Below are positions 55,498 to 64,000 of a DNA stretch of 64,000 nucleotides, one piece after another. How positions within the stretch are numbered: position 1 is the first letter of the stretch; each line of letters starts with the position of its first letter. Position numbers and translations under genes: made by a program. This DNA comes from Candidatus Marinacidobacterales bacterium (GTDB lineage Bacteria; Acidobacteriota; Vicinamibacteria; Marinacidobacterales; DATDRI01), in NCBI GenBank assembly GCA_965226495.1, contig OZ245365.1, forward strand, positions 5,056,001 to 5,120,000. Reading direction: 5' to 3'. The notes under the pieces were generated by a model. The model worked only from the letters and a program-made list of their open reading frames with translations, did not search any database and was not told the origin of the DNA.

Positions 55498-57714
55498 CTA
55501 CTGGATCCGACCTCCTTGCCCGCCGAGTTGGGTACCGAACGATCCAATGTTGGCCAGCGTAATACCAACCCGGAAGAGGTTCTCGTCCCGTACCGTACCG
55601 AAACGGTATCGGGCCCACTCCGCCATGAAGCCGCAACACTGAATGTTGTAGTTGACACCCGCCCGGACGAGATTCAATTCCTCGGTCTCGATGTTGTAGG
55701 CAGACTCGAATCGCACCTGCACGGTGCGTGTAGCGTTCAGGGTGGTGACGCCGCGCAGGTTCCGGCGCTCTCGGCCCGTGGTCAGCTGTACGCTTTGAGC
55801 CAGCGAGCCGCTGACATTGCCCCAGCCACCCCCGTGGCTCCCCACCAAGCTCATCGAGCGCATCCTGTTGAAATTAACGTCATACTCGAAATTCCAGGAA
55901 GCGGCCAGTCGACCGGTAGGACGGAAGCGTAGCTTCGAAGTAATCGGGGAATAGTTGCTGGGAACACCGCCCTCGGTGAAAAAGGGCGTACTGAATTGGC
56001 GATCGTAGAGGCTGGCATCGACCTGGAGAAAATATCTCTGTGCGAGCGTCCAGGTCAGAAACTCGTAGGGGACCGCTTTGTCACTTTGGCCGATTTTGCG
56101 CTTTGCTAGAAATCGATTCACCAGAGAAAAAGAAAACTGGTTGGTACCGGGAACGTAGTCGTTGGAGTCGAACTTGGGGATATCTCCGAAGTTGTCAACC
56201 AGCGAGCGATAGCTCCAAACGAGCTGCGGCTCGATAACGTGCTTGTACTTTTCCGCATATCCGTTACCGGGGGTATTGAAAATGCGGGAAAAGGTCGGTC
56301 CCCGTACGTCGACACGGACCTCGTTGTAAGTTCGGTCCAAAGCATCCCCGATCACTTCTCCAGTCGAGTCAGTTTGCTGTGAGTAGCGCGTGAAGCGCGT
56401 CATGAACGACGTTCGCGCGGTCAGGAAAGGCCAAATATTGAAAGGGTAGGAAATAGTTGGCAGGACGTCGTAACGTTGATAATCGACCAGATCGTCTCGC
56501 ACACTCCGGGAGAACGAAGAAGCGGACGTGCTAAAACCGAACAAGATCGGCGTCGGACCGATCTTCGTTTGCCTACCCTGGAAAGCGACGCGGGGAAGTA
56601 TCTCCCGGAAACTAATACTATCCGTGAAAGACGTCTCGTTGCGATCGTAGAGAAAACGTAAGGTGTAGGCCGACCAGGATCGAGCCACGTTCACGGTGGC
56701 TCGCTTCGAGCGGCGGGTCAAATCTGCGTAGCTCTCCTGGTACGTTTGTTGGAAGGCGAAGGAGCTGAAGTAGTCGACGCGCGCAATCGTCGTGAAGTCG
56801 GCAGGTAGCTGCTGATTGACATTCGCCCTGATCTGCCATTCCTTCTGTTCTAAAACCTTGTCGTCGATGTAGTAGGATTCGAAGCGACCTCGCGACGCTC
56901 CGCTGAGCAGGTAGCGATACTCGGTTCCAAGCCCCACCCCACTTTGGGAAAACCAATCGACATTGATGGTCGCATCGTGGGAGCGGTTGATGGCCCAGAA
57001 GAAACCCTGGCTGACCATGAAACCCTTGAAGGTAGAGTTTCCTATTTGGGGAAGCATGAGGCCCGTCGATCGGTCTTTGTCATTGATGGGGTAGTAGAGA
57101 TACGGCACATAGAAGACCGGTACCGACTTCACCTTGAGAAACGCGCCGTGGAGGGAAACGTGGTGGTCGCGACGGATGGTGGCCTTTCCGGAGGTGAATC
57201 GCCAGCGAGGCGTCGGCTGCGCGCAAGACGTGAAAGCTCCTCGTTCCACGACGTAGACATCCTCCGAAATTTTCTCCACCACGTCACCCTGAAAGTAGAG
57301 ATCGTTGCCCGAGCTTCCATAGGCGTTATAGAACTTGCCCGTCCCGGTCTCGAGATCGACTTCCATCCGATCACCGACGATCTTTTGGTCGCCCTGCTGG
57401 AAGACGACGTTGCCTTCCGCGATGACCCGCATCTCCTCGTTCCAGAAATCGACTTTGTCTGCCGAGACACGGATATCTCCCGACACCATGTCCACGTACC
57501 CGGTCGCCCTGACGTGCCCCTTTTCGATCTGCTCTTGCTCATCGGCGTTCAGAGTGACCGACCCGGGTGGGGGAGGAGCCGGTGGTGGAACCTGCTGAGC
57601 CTGTTGAACCTGTTCCGACTCTTGGGTTTGCCGAGAAGCGTCGTCTTCGTCGTTGTTTTGCCCGCCGGCGAGGGGCACCGCGGTTAAAAGAAAGACAATA
57701 GTCAGTCTCAACAT
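55498..57714 (-). CDS. lptD: LPS-assembly outer membrane protein LptD
   Basis: Signal peptide; OstA-like N-domain; FTSC, PVFYVPY, RSTGLMLP and KHVIEP motifs; C-terminal CC. Confidence 0.85.
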   Translation of the reverse strand: MLRLTIVFLLTAVPLAGGQNNDEDDASRQTQESEQVQQAQQVPPPAPPPPGSVTLNADEQEQIEKGHVRATGYVDMVSGDIRVSADKVDFWNEEMRVIAEGNVVFQQGDQKIVGDRMEVDLETGTGKFYNAYGSSGNDLYFQGDVVEKISEDVYVVERGAFTSCAQPTPRWRFTSGKATIRRDHHVSLHGAFLKVKSVPVFYVPYLYYPINDKDRSTGLMLPQIGNSTFKGFMVSQGFFWAINRSHDATINVDWFSQSGVGLGTEYRYLLSGASRGRFESYYIDDKVLEQKEWQIRANVNQQLPADFTTIARVDYFSSFAFQQTYQESYADLTRRSKRATVNVARSWSAYTLRFLYDRNETSFTDSISFREILPRVAFQGRQTKIGPTPILFGFSTSASSFSRSVRDDLVDYQRYDVLPTISYPFNIWPFLTARTSFMTRFTRYSQQTDSTGEVIGDALDRTYNEVRVDVRGPTFSRIFNTPGNGYAEKYKHVIEPQLVWSYRSLVDNFGDIPKFDSNDYVPGTNQFSFSLVNRFLAKRKIGQSDKAVPYEFLTWTLAQRYFLQVDASLYDRQFSTPFFTEGGVPSNYSPITSKLRFRPTGRLAASWNFEYDVNFNRMRSMSLVGSHGGGWGNVSGSLAQSVQLTTGRERRNLRGVTTLNATRTVQVRFESAYNIETEELNLVRAGVNYNIQCCGFMAEWARYRFGTVRDENLFRVGITLANIGSFGTQLGGQGGRIQ

Positions 57715-57892
57715 CGAGCGAGACCCGATCTCGACCCCCCTTAATCCTTTTGGACCAACGCATTATGCATCGGGGGCCCGGTTTTTTCCAGGCCCAGTTT
57801 CTTTATCATCCCTTAACTGTCACCCTCAGAATGACATACACTCTTGCTGGCGCTTTGAATGCCGACACGTCATGCTTATGGGCGTCGGGAGA

Positions 57893-59377
57893 ATGACAGT
57901 TACAGTGGAAAAGACAGAGGTCTTGCTCGTTTCGTGTTACGAGCTTGGGCACCAGCCTATGGGGCTTGCCAGTCCTATGGCGTTTCTTGCACGAGCGGGA
58001 TTTCCGGTCACCGCGGTCGACATCTCCGTCGACCCTCTCGAGAAGTTGGACGAGAACCTCATCCGTCGGGCTCGGCTTGTCGCGATTTCCGTCCCCATGC
58101 ACACTGCCCTGCGTTTAGGCTCACGCGTCGCGGAGCGAATCCGCGAAATGAACCCGCGCTGCCATGTTTGTTTTTACGGATTGTACGCCACTCTGAATCG
58201 CGATTACCTCATACGGAACGGGGTGGACTCTATTTTGGGAGGAGAGTCCGAGCAATCTTTGGTACGCCTCGCGGAAGCCCTTGCCAAAAACAGCAACACC
58301 CTCCCAACCTTCTCCGGGCCGGTACTGGAGCGCCTTCGATTCCCGGTGCCGCTACGTCGAGGCCTCCCACCACTCGAAAAGTACGCCCACTTGGAGCGCG
58401 AAGGAGGCCATGGCCCGGTCGGCTACGTCGAAGCTAGTCGTGGATGCCTGCATCATTGCTTGCACTGTCCGATCCCGCCGGTTTACCAAGGTCGTTTCTT
58501 CGTCGTACCCAAGGAGATCGTGCACGCCGACATTCGCCAACTCGTCGAATCAGGAGCCACCCACATCACATTCGGGGATCCCGATTTTTTGAACGGACCG
58601 GGGCATTCACTGGCGGTTGCTCGTGCTCTTCACGAAGAGTTTCCCGAGCTCACCTTCGACTTCACGGCGAAAGTGGAGCACATTTTGAAACACCGAGCCC
58701 TTTTGCCGGAGCTCCGCAACCAAGGCTGTATCTTCGTCGTGTCGGCCATCGAATCTCTCAGCGACCACGTACTGAATCAGATCGACAAAGGACACACGCG
58801 CCAAGATGCCAACGAAGCGGTGAGCGCTCTCCGACGCACCGGGATCGCGCCGCGCCCGACTTGGGTCTCGTTCACACCTTGGACGACTCTCCGGGACTAC
58901 ATTGACGTCCTCGAGTGGGTGGACGAGGAGGGGCTCGTCGGTCACGTCGACCCCGTACAATTCACGGTCCGTCTACTGGTTCCCCCGGGCTCCTTACTGC
59001 TGGAGAGAGGAGCGATTCAACCCTTCTTGGAACCACTCGTGCCGGAGTCGTTTACTTATCCGTGGAGACACCCCGACCCTAGGATGGATCTCCTCCACGC
59101 TCGAGTCAGCAAGCTCGTCGAGAAATCCGCTTCGGATGACGAGGACCCTTTTGAGACTTTTTCACGCATCCACGACCTGGCTTGGTCCGAGCTGGAAACG
59201 GGAAAACGACCGCCGCTGCTCCGAGATCGGGCCGAGCGTGGAAAGCGCCCTCCCCGACTCACCGAAGCGTGGTTCTGCTGATCAGAGCCCACAGAGGGTC
59301 AGTTGGGCCCAGTCGAGAAATTGAAAAATCCGGGGGTTGAAACCGAAGCGTCGACTTCATATAATGAAGCGGGATAG
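57893..59377 (+). CDS. B12-binding radical SAM protein, CUAEP/CCAEP-tail type, with probable selenocysteine at TGA 59279-59281
   Basis: LLVSCYELGHQP, SRGCLHHCLHC and FGDPDF motifs; reads RLTEAWFC-TGA-SEPTEGQL and stays open to TAG at 59377; start placed at ATG 57893. Confidence 0.82.
59337..59365 (+). promoter_or_regulatory. Sigma70-type promoter of the nfuA-like gene
   Basis: TTGAAA (59337-59342), 17 nt, TATAAT (59360-59365); SD AGGAG downstream. Confidence 0.7.
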
Positions 59378-59388
59378 GAGAGCATGAG

Positions 59389-59985
59389 ATGAGCGAAGAC
59401 CTCAAGATCACCTGCGAGCCAAAGGATACGGAGAGCTGTAGCTTCGTCCTCGACCGACCCGTCTACGAAGGAGGCTCCGCGTACTTTGGCGACCAAGACC
59501 GAGCCAGTGGCTCTCCGTTACCCGAAAAACTCTTTGCGCTGGACGGCGTCAAGACGGTGCTGGTGCAGGACAACAAAGTGACCATCACCGCGGAAGGCAT
59601 CGGCGACGATTGGCTTCCGTTGGCCAAGCAAGTGGGTGCGACCATTCGCAGCGTGCTCCAATCGGGCGAGAAACCCATCTCCGACTCCCTGCTCAACTCC
59701 ATGCCTGCGTCCGAGCAGATCAAGAAGACGATCGAAGAGCTCTTCATTCGGGAGATCAACCCCTCCATTGCCGCGCATGGCGGTTTCGTGGAGGTGCTAG
59801 ACGTGAAGGGGAACGAGGTCTATATTCGTCTTGGAGGTGGGTGCCAAGGTTGCGGGATGGCGGACGTCACACTCAAACAGGGGATAGAAACGTCCATCCG
59901 CAAGGCGGTGCCCCAGATCGGAGCCATCATGGACACGACCGACCACGCGGCGGGAAGAAACCCCTACTACGCGCCCTCCAAGTAG
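59389..59985 (+). CDS. nfuA: Nfu/NifU-domain Fe-S cluster carrier
   Basis: Nfu_N scaffold domain (GSPLPEKLF); INPSIAAHGG, GGGCQGC and TDHAAGRNPYY motifs. Confidence 0.88.
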   Translation: MSEDLKITCEPKDTESCSFVLDRPVYEGGSAYFGDQDRASGSPLPEKLFALDGVKTVLVQDNKVTITAEGIGDDWLPLAKQVGATIRSVLQSGEKPISDSLLNSMPASEQIKKTIEELFIREINPSIAAHGGFVEVLDVKGNEVYIRLGGGCQGCGMADVTLKQGIETSIRKAVPQIGAIMDTTDHAAGRNPYYAPSK

Positions 59986-60163
59986 ACTGGCTCATAAGAG
60001 CCAGCCTCGCGCTCCCGACCCCACCTTCCCCCTTGCCTGTTGACTCGCGCCCGGGGTCGGTGTTATATATCGTCACCCAATCAAACGTGGCTGCAACCAA
60101 CCCTTACAGCCTAAAAATATAGCCTTTTTTTGCGGCTTTTCTTGGCGTACGAAGTACTGGTGT

Positions 60164-60877
60164 GTGCTTAACCGCTACTTCGAGATGACGGAGTCCACCT
60201 TGATGCAACAGATGGCTATTAAGGTCGTTTGGTTCTGCACGAGCTCGAGCAACCCCAACGAGCAGAGCTCTGCCAATCTCGATGCCTTGAATTTCCTGCG
60301 CGCCCTCAAGGGGGAGCGCATCGAGGGGGAAGCAACTATCCCCATCGCCGGGCAAAACCGGCGTCTCAGCAATTCCAACCTGGATGAGGCGATCGACTGG
60401 TTCGGCGAAATGGTCGCCAGCTATTTCCAACGTCAGGGTTTAGATCCGCCGTTTTACCTGGTTCCCATTCCGGACACCAACACGACGGTGGAATCGAGTA
60501 CCGGCCCCTGGACGTCCTTGACCGCAATGGCTATTGCCTCCAAGCTCGAAGGTGATGTGGAAGCTCTAGACGTTCTTCGCTGGAAAAAGAACCTCTCCTA
60601 CCTCAGTGCGGAGACGCAGGATGCCACTCGGCTATACGAGAACCTAGCCCTGCTCGGAAAAACCCAATGGGATAAACCGGTAGTGCTGGTGGACTACCTG
60701 GCGGCCAACGCGGCGCGAGCCCAGGCCTGCGAGGCGTTCTTGAGGGCGAACGGCGCTCGCGTCCTGCTCTGTGTGTTTGCGGGAAGAATCGTCCCCGAGA
60801 AGCCCGAGAAGAACTTTGCGGTCTTTAGAGCCGAAGTCGCAGGAATCAATCCTGTTCCCCCTCGCTCGGCGGACTGA
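60164..60877 (+). CDS. Hypothetical protein, degenerate type I phosphoribosyltransferase-like
   Basis: YLVPIP and VVLVDY...ACEAFL...GA pattern; start uncertain (60164-60212). Confidence 0.55.
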   Translation: MLNRYFEMTESTLMQQMAIKVVWFCTSSSNPNEQSSANLDALNFLRALKGERIEGEATIPIAGQNRRLSNSNLDEAIDWFGEMVASYFQRQGLDPPFYLVPIPDTNTTVESSTGPWTSLTAMAIASKLEGDVEALDVLRWKKNLSYLSAETQDATRLYENLALLGKTQWDKPVVLVDYLAANAARAQACEAFLRANGARVLLCVFAGRIVPEKPEKNFAVFRAEVAGINPVPPRSAD

Positions 60878-62102
60878 TGACAAAGTCGAGGCAAGCGGCA
60901 GCCTCTCTGAGAGCGCTCTCAACGGTCGCCGGAGTTTCGCCGCTGGCAAAGATAAAGCCGAGATAACTCGAGCCTTCCGGAAGGGGCACCAACACCTTAC
61001 CGAGATGTGAGGTGATCGTCACGTCTTGAACTCCGGAAACCGCCTCTGCCTCTCTGACTCCCCGAACGCCTTTCAGAACACCTGCCTGTGGGATCGGTAT
61101 CATCATGACACCGGATGCGGCGGACTCGCGGCATAGCGTGCTCACCTCCATCCCCAAGGCGTGCCGAAGGAGCAATTCCTCGAGCGAAAGCCCTACACCG
61201 AATCTAAGCGACCGCGAGCAAAGCCCCCCAATGGATCGCCCGGCGATCTCTATGACCCACACCCCCTTGGAGTTCAATCGAAGCTCGGAGTGGACGGGTC
61301 CCTCTCGAAGCCCCAATGCGGCCGCCGCTTTGGCGGTGGTTGCCGCGATCTCAGATTGGCGTTGCTCGGGCAATCTGGACGGAGTCACGTAAATTGTCTC
61401 TTCGAAAAAAGGTCCCTCTAATGGATCGGGCTTGTCGAAAAGAGCTAGCACTTTGAGCTCCCCTCCGGTCATGACTCCCTCGAGGGCGACCTCGACACCC
61501 GATACGTAATCTTCGACCAACACCTGGCGAGCCAACGGCCCGCCACGACGGGCTAAATCGCGGTCGCCAAGAATCGCTCTCAATCGCTCGAAAGCCGAAA
61601 CGAATTCGCGCTCGCCGTTGGCGCGCATCACACCCCGGCTCGCCGCAAGAAAGACGGGCTTCAAAACACATGGGTAGTCGACGCGGCTCGCCAAATCCTC
61701 TGCGTCATCGGCTATCGCGAAGAGCCGATGGGCGGGAACAAGTACTTCGGCGCGAGAAAGCATTTCCCTCATCACGTGCTTCAAACGGGTCGCGGTGGCT
61801 GCCTGGGGAGAGTTGTGAGCGAGCCCGACCGCCTGCGAGATCGCGGCCGCCACGACTGCAGTGTCTTCGTCGACGGAGACCACCGCCTCGAAGGGGTATT
61901 CTCGATAGAAAGAAAGGGCTTTTTCCGCCGCAGAATCCGGGTCTAGGAAGTCGACGGTAAAGAGCGACCCTGGCTCTCGACTCTCCATCGTGCTGGCCTG
62001 CTCGGAGACGACCACCACGTCCACACCGAGCTTCCGCGCCGCCACCATGAAATCATGGGTGCGGTAGGTGTTGGTGGGCAATAAGAGGAGCACGCGAGGC
62101 AT
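60846..62102 (-). CDS. ATP-grasp domain ligase
   Basis: K..MRE, YPCVLKP, ASRGVMRA, LVEDYVSG.EVALEG, FDKPDPLEGPFFEET and HSELR...IEIAGR motifs. Confidence 0.88.
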   Translation of the reverse strand: MPRVLLLLPTNTYRTHDFMVAARKLGVDVVVVSEQASTMESREPGSLFTVDFLDPDSAAEKALSFYREYPFEAVVSVDEDTAVVAAAISQAVGLAHNSPQAATATRLKHVMREMLSRAEVLVPAHRLFAIADDAEDLASRVDYPCVLKPVFLAASRGVMRANGEREFVSAFERLRAILGDRDLARRGGPLARQVLVEDYVSGVEVALEGVMTGGELKVLALFDKPDPLEGPFFEETIYVTPSRLPEQRQSEIAATTAKAAAALGLREGPVHSELRLNSKGVWVIEIAGRSIGGLCSRSLRFGVGLSLEELLLRHALGMEVSTLCRESAASGVMMIPIPQAGVLKGVRGVREAEAVSGVQDVTITSHLGKVLVPLPEGSSYLGFIFASGETPATVESALREAAACLDFVISPPSEGEQD

Positions 62103-62133
62103 AAAACCACATCAGGCAAGGGGGCTCGAGAAG

Positions 62134-62490
62134 CTATTTACGGTGAAAGTAACTGTCGGTGCCGTCGAGCCAGTCGTGCCGAATGGGACTGAAGATGTCC
62201 ACGTCCACCGTATCCTCGAGCGCCTCGGCGCGGTGCGGAACGTTGGGAGGTATGACCACGAACTCGCCGGACCTTACCGTGACTTCCTCCTCTGCCTCGC
62301 CGATCCAAAGACGGAGTGCCCCTTCCATGATGTAGGTGATCTGTTCCGCCTCGTGCGAGTGGGTCGGAACGACGGCGTCTTTCTTGAGAAGAACGCGAGC
62401 CATCATCTCGTTCTTGCCCATCACGATCTGGCGACTAATGACGTCCGTCACCTTCTCGATGGGGACCCGATCCCAATTCAGTGGCTCCAT
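62134..62490 (-). CDS. Cupin domain protein
   Basis: PTHSHEAEQ, IPPNVPH and DIFSPIR motifs. Confidence 0.9.
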   Translation of the reverse strand: MEPLNWDRVPIEKVTDVISRQIVMGKNEMMARVLLKKDAVVPTHSHEAEQITYIMEGALRLWIGEAEEEVTVRSGEFVVIPPNVPHRAEALEDTVDVDIFSPIRHDWLDGTDSYFHRK

Positions 62491-63084
62491 TTATTCTCCC
62501 GTTTGCAGACGGATCGTCTTGATGACGACGGCCTCGACGGGAACATCTTGTTTAAAGGGGCCCTTACTCCCCGTTTTGACCTTCCTGATCTTATCCACGA
62601 CGTCCATGCCTTCGGTGACCTCCCCGAAGACCGCATAGCCATAATCCCGCGCGCTCGGCCCTTTGTAATTCAAGAAAGCGTTTTTGTTCGAAACGTTGAT
62701 GAAGAACTGCGACGTGGCACTATGAATCTCGTTCGTGCGCGCCATCACGATGGTGCCGCGGGTGTTCTTCAAGCCATTGGCCGCTTCGTTCTTGATTGGC
62801 TCACCAACCGGCTTCTTCTGCATGTCGGCGGTGAATCCTCCACCCTGGATCATGAAGTTCGGGATGACACGGTGAAAAACGGTGCCGTCGTAGAACCCGT
62901 CGTTGACGTAGGCCAGGAAGTTCTCGACCGAGACCGGCGCCTTGCTTGGGTTGAGACGAACCGTGATGTCTCCCATAGAGGTCTCAATGACAACGACCGG
63001 ATCATCTGCTCCCTCGACGAGAGCTCCGGAAGCGAGCGCCAGTACTAAGCAAAGCGAACCGAGAGAAAACCGACCGACGGTCAT
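62491..63084 (-). CDS. ppiA: Periplasmic cyclophilin-type peptidyl-prolyl isomerase
   Basis: Signal peptide; [27 protein letters not shown] and YAVFG motifs. Confidence 0.95.
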   Translation of the reverse strand: MTVGRFSLGSLCLVLALASGALVEGADDPVVVIETSMGDITVRLNPSKAPVSVENFLAYVNDGFYDGTVFHRVIPNFMIQGGGFTADMQKKPVGEPIKNEAANGLKNTRGTIVMARTNEIHSATSQFFINVSNKNAFLNYKGPSARDYGYAVFGEVTEGMDVVDKIRKVKTGSKGPFKQDVPVEAVVIKTIRLQTGE

Positions 63085-63170
63085 GCGGCCACCTCCTTTA
63101 GGAAAGGGAAATCTTTGGCGTTAAACAGAACGGAGCCGAGTATGCCCGATTGGCCGACCGCTTGTCCAAT

Positions 63171-63222
63171 ATGGCAGGTAATGGCAGGTATGGCCGGCTG
63201 TCAGGCTGTCAGGCTGTCAGGC
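63171..63222. repeat. Adjacent short tandem repeats
   Basis: ATGGCAGGTA x2, then GGCTGTCA x3. Confidence 0.8.
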
Positions 63223-63795
63223 CGGCGGCGGAGCAGTACCTCGGTTGAAGAGGCTCATTTGAACAGGCTGCGGGGCACCGTCGCGGAGCACCCCTTCGTG
63301 CAGCAATAGCCAACGCTTAGCCGACAACCCACCCCCGAAGCCGGTCAGCGAGCCATCCGCCCCCACCACGCGATGGCAAGGGATGACCAAGGGAATCGGG
63401 TTAGCACCGTTGGCCGCCCCGACCGCGCGAGAGGCAGCGGGGCTTCCCGCCAAGTGCGCGATCTCGGAGTAAGACGCGATGCACCCGAACGGAATTCGTG
63501 CGACGTTAGCCCAAACCGTCTTCTGGAACGGGGTTCCGCGTAGGTCGAGGGGTAGATCGAAAACCCTCCGACGTCCTTCGAAATACTGGTTCAGTTGCTG
63601 GACGACCTGAGTGTGAGCGGAACCGCCGGGCAATGTCGTTTGTTCTTTGGCCCGAGGGAAGACCCGCCGCATCCATCGCTCGTGACGCTCGGGCTCCTTC
63701 GGGAAGGCGATAGTCGCCAGACCGATGGAGGTGAACACCAAGCGGAGAGGGCCTAGCGGACTATCTAGCGTGGATCGAAAGACGGTCTCGCTCAT
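63217..63795 (-). CDS. ogt: Methylated-DNA--protein-cysteine methyltransferase
   Basis: GTPFQ, RAVGAANGANP and IPCHRV motifs. Confidence 0.95.
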   Translation of the reverse strand: MSETVFRSTLDSPLGPLRLVFTSIGLATIAFPKEPERHERWMRRVFPRAKEQTTLPGGSAHTQVVQQLNQYFEGRRRVFDLPLDLRGTPFQKTVWANVARIPFGCIASYSEIAHLAGSPAASRAVGAANGANPIPLVIPCHRVVGADGSLTGFGGGLSAKRWLLLHEGVLRDGAPQPVQMSLFNRGTAPPPA

Positions 63796-63849
63796 TGCGG
63801 TAAGCCACCTAATAGCACGGTGGCCCTTAAAGTCAAAGCGGGGTTTTGG

Positions 63850-64000
63850 CTAGTGCTCGAGCGCTTTGAGCATCGCTTCCCACTCGGCCTCGAGCTCGAA
63901 AAAACCCTTGCCGAAGGCGGAGCGGGCAGCCGCATCGATGCCGACTTTCTCCGCACGCTGAAAGAAACGCCGTAAGCGCTGCATTCCCTGCCTCTCGAAG
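63850..64000 (-). CDS. 3' end of a CDS entering from beyond the window; function unknown
   Basis: Open frame ...GMQRLRRFFQRAEKVGIDAAARSAFGKGFFELEAEWEAMLKALEH-stop. Confidence 0.55.
   Translation of the reverse strand, partial: FERQGMQRLRRFFQRAEKVGIDAAARSAFGKGFFELEAEWEAMLKALEH

Overview
A gene-dense, GC-rich bacterial chromosomal segment of mostly housekeeping genes from a diderm organism (lptD and gmhA present; gene content resembles Acidobacteria, which is inference). It carries a DAHP synthase-prephenate dehydratase fusion, yebC-ruvC-ruvA-(MutS-like)-ruvB-queA-gmhA, a LIV-type ABC transporter, futalosine-pathway menaquinone genes (mqnP/E/A/C), tilS-hpt-ftsH-folP-cdaA-cdaR-glmM-pdxJ-lepB, yggS-divIVA-yggU, glyA-dinG-PTPS, lptD with nucleotide-sugar genes, and a radical SAM/NfuA/ATP-grasp region. 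I found no tRNA, rRNA, CRISPR array or transposase. Reading the DNA directly gave several features the ORF track misses. (1) A B12-binding radical SAM gene whose TGA is probably selenocysteine (tail WFC-U-SEP). (2) A Phe/Trp-rich 17-aa leader peptide with its own promoter ahead of the aroF-pheA fusion. (3) A queA that appears to need a CTG start. (4) A 100-bp MITE at the mqnE stop codon. (5) Two unannotated small proteins: an 8-Cys zinc-finger-like protein and an NSS small subunit. (6) Intact genes with substituted catalytic residues (PdxJ, Hpt, a PRTase-like protein). (7) An SbnI/SerK-like kinase and a PTPS-III-type enzyme. All family assignments come from motif recognition and recalled reference sequences, not from database searches.
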